A stretch of DNA of 64,000 bases. It comes from Bacteroidia bacterium (GTDB lineage Bacteria; Bacteroidota; Bacteroidia; M30B66). Positions 57,101-64,000 of this stretch are shown in pieces; position 1 is the stretch's first letter; each line of letters begins with the position of its first letter. Position numbers and translations under genes: made by a program. The notes beneath the pieces were generated by a model that worked only from the letters and a program-made list of their open reading frames with translations, was not told the DNA's origin and made no database searches. The stretch covers positions 1 through 64,000 of the forward strand of contig CBDIHM010000003.1 in NCBI GenBank assembly GCA_965279035.1, in the 5' to 3' direction.

Positions 57101-58317
57101 GTATCTTAAAGCTCATCAAACTAGATGTTAGAGCTTACAATATCCTGTTGTTCTGATTAATCATCATCTCCATCACTTTCGGCCAAGGTTATTTCAACCT
57201 CACCTAATGTTCTTTTGCTTACTAATAATTGAAACGATGTTTGCTATCTGAATAAGGGTTCAGGCTGCTATTCTTATTAGGATTATTTCTCAATACTTTC
57301 CGCTAAGACCTTTTCTTATTCATCATATTCATCACTATTTGCTAATGGATTTCCGTAGATTTTTTGTTCTGGCTTTTAAATTATTTATTGTATTTCTGCA
57401 GTTTTATCTTCTAATTTATTTATATTATATTATCCTGATTAATTTATATTTTAGTCTGTATTATTTTTATCGATTGCTTCAGAGATTTCTTATTCTAGGC
57501 CTTACTACTATAAATTTGAAGTCTATTGCTCAGCGATTTCTTACTTTAATAAACTTACATCATTTTCATTTATATCATTTTAAATTTATAATGGTAATAT
57601 CTAAGGCTCCTATTATAATTTTAATTATTTTTGCTCTTATTACTAGATACTTTCATTAATTATATTTTTATAATTAAAAGTGGATAATTATTTTATTGAT
57701 TGTTATAGATCTTGTCCAATTTATGAATCAATTTAATCATTTTATTCCTCTTCCTGTTGGTTATCGTTATCATCCTCTGACCCACTATCGATTATTACCG
57801 CTTTATAAGTACTCTGTAAAATATTTTAACTTTATTTTATACTCAACTACATCTGACTTGGTATATTATATAAATTATCTCTTCTAGATAGATAATCATA
57901 ACTATTTGATGATAATAAACTTTTCTATGATTTCTCTTATTATTAATCTAAATCATTATATTCCTTCTATTATTCATCTTATTCTAACTAAATTGGCTTA
58001 ATAATCTCTTATTGTAAAATTACATCTTATGGAATCTAATCATTTTTTATTTCTGCTGATATAGATTCCTCATTACAATCAACTTACCTTGCAGCTAGCT
58101 TTTATTTCAATTAGTTCATAAATTGCTAAGATTGAGCTAAAGCTTATAAATTTTATTTTTATTGTGGAATTGAATCATGCTCTTGTTTTTAAGTTTGATT
58201 AAACTCATCTTTAAGATTTTATTAATCACCCTTATCAATTTGTCTAGTAATAGCATCATTCTGAATGATTATAATTTTTTAAGCATCAGCTTCCTACAAT
58301 TCCTTATTTATTTACAT
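54165..58317 (-). CDS. Coiled-coil + IQ + RhoGEF (DH) + PH + PX + FERM-like protein (~1,370 aa), with a +1 frame break at ~55,612-55,640
   Basis: Q-rich N-terminus reads in frame through IIMIQRFFRN into HRQFVIKEIIDTEDRYVQDL (DH) and LVKPVQRLPKYVLLYKDLLK; PX YTVY..VRYSQI..NDRMIVIQQFL; FERM-like VDLADG..VAQHLCL..FRLF..YLKKFLF and LFGTTLY..FGTNMAFEV. Confidence 0.82.
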
Positions 58318-58355
58318 TAAATTATATAATATTGTTTTTAACGATCAAAAAAAGA

Positions 58356-59209
<854 letters not shown>

Positions 59210-59217
59210 TACAGCAG
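59210..59217 (+). other. Composition breakpoint, ciliate to green-alga-like DNA; sequence TACAGCAG
   Basis: Abrupt change from very AT-rich to ~50% GC within a few bases, in mid-CDS; the 8-mer fits TAYAGYNR. Confidence 0.9.
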
Positions 59218-59642
59218 GTCTGCCCTTGTCCTGAGGAGACCAACCTCCCATGGGTCAGTGTGCAGGCCAGCTGCAAGCATGAGCGCGCTCTCAGACCCAG
59301 TGAGACTCATAACTCTGAGAAAGAGTCCCCATAGTGCGATTGATTATTGTTCTGAACCCTTGGCCATGGCACAGAAGAAAGTTGGCTGAGCAATGAGTGC
59401 ATTCATGCCCCTTTTGTATGTGCTGGCAACTGCAGCTTCCAAGCAGGTCAGCCAATCTTCTCATCCTGATAGCCTTTGGCAGCGGCTTGAAGGAGAGCAG
59501 AATCACATCTCACTCTTGCAGAATTCCGCATCTGCTGGAGAGCCGCAGCCTCCAGTTAGTGGCCGTGTTACTTAAAGCTTGGCTCCTGTGATTAAGTTGG
59601 ACACTGATGTGAAGCTCTCTCCATCTTTTCTGTGCCCTGCAG

Positions 59643-62600
59643 CAATACTGGGCGGACACGGCGAAGCCATACGACTTTGTGCCGGTCGCGCAATTCGCAG
59701 CGGCGTTTGAGGCGAGTGAGCGCGGCCGTGCGCTGGCGGCAGCCGCCAGGGACCCCCCGGTCCTGGGCAAGGCATGCGCTGAGATGGACCCGCTCGTGCG
59801 CACCAGGTTCTGCGCGTTCCCTGCTGACCTTATCATCTAGGGCCATTTTATCACGGTCATTTAGGGTCTTTGCTGTATTTTGCATTGGGTAGCTGACATT
59901 TTGGAACAGGAAATGCAAGGCAAACGCTGAACCCCATAAATTTGCATTAAGTCTGCGTATTAAAGTGAATATTCACTTTGATCTGTTTACTTACACTTGT
60001 GTGCTGTCTGTGTGCAGGTATGCGCTGGGCGCTTTCCAGATGTTCAGGTGCGCGCATTTCTGCCCCGCTGATATCAAGTGTCCTTTTCATATGGAAACTT
60101 CCAATGTATAGAAGGATCCATACTCCAGAGCTTAAAGCACTATCCTCTCGGGCTCTCTCGGCATCTTATTAGATTCGGCAGGCATCAGAGCTCTGTAGCA
60201 CCCACCTGCTGTGTATAGATGACCATCCTTGAAATTCCCTGTCCAAGCCTTTGACATTTCTTCCAGTCCTCTGAAATGCCAAGCCATGTGCTGCCTGGTA
60301 GCAAGACTTCCACCATCCTGCATGATAACATTTATGGGGACAAAATCGTTATTATTCACACTTTTCCAGCCTTCCAAGGCTGGGTGCGCTCCATCAGCTT
60401 TTCTACAGAGTTCGCCCAAAATTCCCTGCCTTTACATTTTCTCCAGAACAGAATGTTGCAAAATTAAGGCAATGGCTTCACTGACTGCGCAGGGCGCTGG
60501 GCCAGCGGGAGGGTGTGCTGATGCTGCGCCACGCGTTCACCTACAAGTTCCGCACCGCCCAGAACCTGTTTGTGGCATTCGTGGCCGGCACGCTGTTTGC
60601 CAAGCCCACCATGCACACCGACACTGCCGCCGACGCCATCAAATTCTCCGGCGTCCTCTTCTTCGCGCTGGTGAGCGCCGTGCCCTTTTCAAAAAGACCG
60701 CCAAATGCCAAAAAGCCTATTTGTCATGGATATGCAAAGTTCTCCTCCTGCTTTTTGGACTGAAATGACACTGTTGAAAGATGGGGATCATTTTGCTGGT
60801 GAGCGCTGTAGTCTGTCAGGAGCGCTAATGTGCCATTAAGCCCATCTGGCATAGATGTGCAAAGTTCTCATGTTCCTTGTTGTGGCTCAAGTTGGAATGG
60901 AACGACAATGTTGAAAGATAGGGGATCGTTTTGCTGGTGAGCGCTGTGCTCTGTTATGGACCACCAGAAAGCCCATTTGGCATAAATGAGCGGTGCTCTC
61001 CTGCTCTCTGTTGTGGCTCGATGTGAATTGCTGATAATGGCATCAACAAATGAGTACTTCTTCCCGCAGAGTCTGACAAGTGCTTTTTTTTGCTTGCAGG
61101 TGCAAATGCTCTTTGACGGTGAGCTGCTCAGCGACTTCTCAACTCTGGCGTCACATTCACAAATAGGCCCTCTCCGATCTGGCCATGTGCTGTCCTTGAT
61201 AATCAACGTCTTAGCTTTGCAATCTACCACATACAACCCAACCCAGGCTGGCTGTGACCTTCTTGCAAGTTTCACACTACTGGGCATGGACGGTGATAGT
61301 CTGAGGGAGCTGAAGCACGTGCGCAGGCTTCTCGGAGATGAGCATGCTGATAGAGTCTCTGCCGGACTTCTACAAGCAGCGCGACAACCTCTTCTACCCG
61401 GCTGTGAGTCCAAAATCTTTTTTATTGTATGCATGGCCTTAGTGCAGAGTGTCTGAGTTGCCACGGTATGTGCCAGTGTGTCAGGTTGGACGGGTTGCCG
61501 CATGCACCAGAATGCTAGCTGATGACATGTTCCTGCTTTCATGTGTCAAAGGAGACAACTGTCTTCTATGACCTTGAATATTTCGGTGTTCCTACATGGC
61601 CTGTCTGCAGAGTGTCAAGCTGCCAAGTGCACCATAACGCTACCTTATACCATGTCCCTACTCTCATCTGATATAGCTGTCCATTCCAGCATTACTGCCA
61701 GATAGGCTGTCGGACAGGCTATGAGTCCCTGCACGGCCTCTCTGCACAGATTTCAGCTGCCACGTGCAACAGAGTGCCAGCTTATACCCTTTTCCTGCTT
61801 TCATGTGTCATGGGAGGTAGCTGTCCAATGTTCAGAGCGTCAAGTTGCCTTTAGCATCAGATGGTCAGCTCATGATATGGCCCTGCTTCCACATTGGGTA
61901 GGGTTGAGTGGCCACTGGCTTCCATTTGTCAAGGGCGATAGCTGTCATCTACCGTGACCGGGGTGTTTCTCTGCGCTCATGCTGAATGTCAGTTTGCCAC
62001 ATACTACAGAACTACAGCTCAACAGGGCGTCTCTGCTCCCTATCTCAAGGGAGAGCTGTCCATGTGACTAGGGTGCCAAAGTTCAGGGTGCAGGGTTTAG
62101 AGTTTATATAAACCAAAATATATGGAAGAGGAAAATGTGTGCGTGCAGTGGGCTTTTGCGCTGCCAGTGACGCTGCTGCGCATCCCCTACTCGCTGGTGG
62201 AGTCCTTCGTCTGGTCCATCATCATCTACTGGTCTGTCGGCCTCGCACCCTCTGCCGCCAGGTCAGCGCGTGACTCCTCCATACCTATTACTTTATGTAA
62301 GATATGTATGCATGGCAGATCTTTGCAGGAGGGCAATCATCACTTCCTGCAGATTCCCCAAACCCATGAGTAATACATTATTTATTAATTAATATTATTT
62401 TAATTGTTATTTACTTTATTTCTTGTTTTTATTATTATTAATATTATTATTTTTATTTGTTGAATATATTTTATTATATCAAACTGTATTTATATTTTTC
62501 CTAAATTTTTTATTTTGAGGTTTAGGGCTTAGGGTTGGGTGCGTAGGACCGGCCTATTCTGATGTGAAAACTCGGCTTCCGAATTAACTGCTTGTGATGT

Positions 62601-63586
62601 TTTCACTCCGAGCTCTCACTTTCCATGCCTGGCAGTGATGCAACAGGTTGCGCCTCCTCCAGAAGGCATGGGTTGCATGCAATACTTTGAACTGTGACCC
62701 TTACAGCGCATCACAATCCTGGGTGCCTGCTCCCTTCAGCAAGTGTTGTGGAGTGGAATTTCCATGCGTGCTGCAAATTCTTTGTGATGGTCTCGCGGCA
62801 GGGAACTTTGATCTGTGAGCCTTAAAGTGATGCTTCGTGAACTTGGCTGCCAGGTTCCTTCAGCGAGTGTTGAGGAGTGGCAATCGCGTGCGGGCTGCAG
62901 AGTGCTATAGATTCCAGGCTGCCACACTGTCTGAATTCGGGCATTGTGTGCATGCTGCAGGTTCTTTGTGTTCTGGCTGCTGTGCCTGCTGTCGCACCAG
63001 GTGGCCATCAACCTGTTCAGGCTCATCGGCGCCATCGGCCGCTCGGTCGTCATCGCCTTCAACCTGGCCTGGGTCGTCTTCATCCTCATCATGCTCCTCT
63101 GCGGATACACCCTCGTCAAACGTAAATACCCCTCACCTTGGTCCCTGGGTTATCACTAGTCCGCATTTTGCGTGTTTCTGTACTCAGACTTGACGTTGCT
63201 GTGAGTGCACAGCAAAGTCCCTCCAACAAGCATGCCCTGGTCATGCATCAAAAATGCATGATGAAAAGTATATTTGCTTTGAATGTCCTGCCCTGCTCTG
63301 CCGCTCTGTATTCTGTGTTTGGATTGTCCTCACTGCAAAGTCACCTGCTGTATTTGTAGCTACAGAGCATGCCCTGGAGACGCATGATGCGCTGATTGCG
63401 AGTGAGGAAGTGTTGGCCACAAAGCAACTCCTTTCAGGTGTTCTGTTGGCGATCAATGCGAAATCAACTGAAGTTGTGGCTTGATGTGTTGTGCAGCGGA
63501 CATCCCGCCGTGGTACGCGGGCGGCTACTGGGCGCTGCCGCTGCAGTGGCTCGTGAACGCCATCATCAACAACGAGTTCCAGGATG
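59643..63586 (+). CDS. Internal part (NBD1-TMD1 linker and TMD1) of a plant/green-algal full-size ABCG (PDR) transporter; exons 59643-59806, 60018-60047, 60493-60670, 61100-61118, 61327-61403, 62149-62261, 62961-63121, 63497-63586
   Basis: Spliced: QYWADTAKPYDFVPVAQFA...REGVLMLRHAFTYKFRTAQ...VLFFALVQMLFDGFSEMSMLIESLPDFYKQRDNLFYPAWAFALPVTLLRIPYSLVES...LFRLIGAIGRS...IPPWYAGGYWALPLQWLVNAIINNEF. All junctions GT/CAG and in phase; introns ~210-750 nt. Confidence 0.93.
60666..61030 (+). repeat. Degenerate ~130-bp tandem repeat (about 3 copies), each starting with a copy of the splice donor
   Basis: GCTG|GTGAGCGC at 60671, 60799 and 60937; shared aagccYat.tggcata, tgcaaagttctc and tgttgaaagat.gggatc.ttttgctg blocks. 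Confidence 0.85.
61440..62075 (+). repeat. Highly degenerate ~110-130-bp intronic minisatellite
   Basis: Recurring cagagtgtca..Ytgcca and ..agctgtcca motifs, about 5 times. Confidence 0.6.
62516..62540 (+). repeat. Short interstitial telomere-like repeat (TTTAGGG/TTAGGG variants)
   Basis: tgagg tttaggg cttaggg ttggg; weaker gttcagggtgcagggtttagag at ~62081-62101. Confidence 0.6.
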
Positions 63587-64000
63587 GTGAGCAATCCACT
63601 TTATTGCATCTTTTGGGCTGTCTTTCAGGCAGGTGCATGTTTCGCAAATGATTAAACGAAGGCTCTTTAGATCAAAAGTTCCATCTGGCTATCCATCCAC
63701 GCAGCGGCTTTCCAATTTTATCTGTCTAGCAGGGTGTTTTTGTTCATCCTGGGATTTTGCACGCTCTTGACAGAAACAGACCTCTCAAGACCATTCTGAG
63801 ACAGCGGCTCGGGCATTCCCTATATGCTAAATCATTATGCAATCAGCTTCCTCTCCAAATTACTTGACGGCCGGGCGCCAAAGCCGTACAGACCATTAGA
63901 AATGTGTGGCCACAATTGACCTAATTTTTTTTTCGACCACATTGGGGCCTTCAGAATTGCCTGTGAGCGAGGTTCAAATATTTTTCATTTTATTTTTTCA

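Noticed and set aside
59291-63594. Dense overlapping ORFs in the GC-richer segment as a virus or transposon gene cluster
   Set aside because: Expected at ~50% GC. The only coherent product is the spliced PDR transporter; no transposase, RT or capsid motifs were seen.

Overview
The window has two parts of different origin. Bases 1 to ~59,210 are very AT-rich, gene-dense ciliate macronuclear-type DNA, most like Paramecium. TAA/TAG read as Gln and only TGA stops, GT..AG introns are mostly 20-40 nt, intergenic gaps are often under 20 nt, and there is a trichocyst matrix protein gene. The supplied standard-code ORF track therefore fragments or misses most genes; I re-translated by hand with the ciliate code and found about 37 genes. 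These include a P4-ATPase/guanylyl cyclase fusion, SEC23, RPL26, NSUN5, a cyclin, a CEP19-like gene, tandem papain proteases, tandem ML proteins, tandem ~1,300-aa surface proteins, two apparent pseudo-enzymes (PP2C, class I GATase fold), and an IQ-DH-PH-PX-FERM protein with a +1 frame break. At 59,210 an SNF1/AMPK-type kinase is cut off at the end of its catalytic domain. The rest (~50% GC, long introns, GC-rich exons) is an internal 8-exon piece of a green-algal-type PDR/ABCG transporter gene. The switch falls exactly on TACAGCAG, a perfect match to the Paramecium IES end consensus TAYAGYNR. A chimeric join (host plus algal symbiont or prey) is the most likely explanation; an IES-like insertion of foreign DNA is a testable alternative. 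All coordinates were counted by hand and may be off by a few bases.
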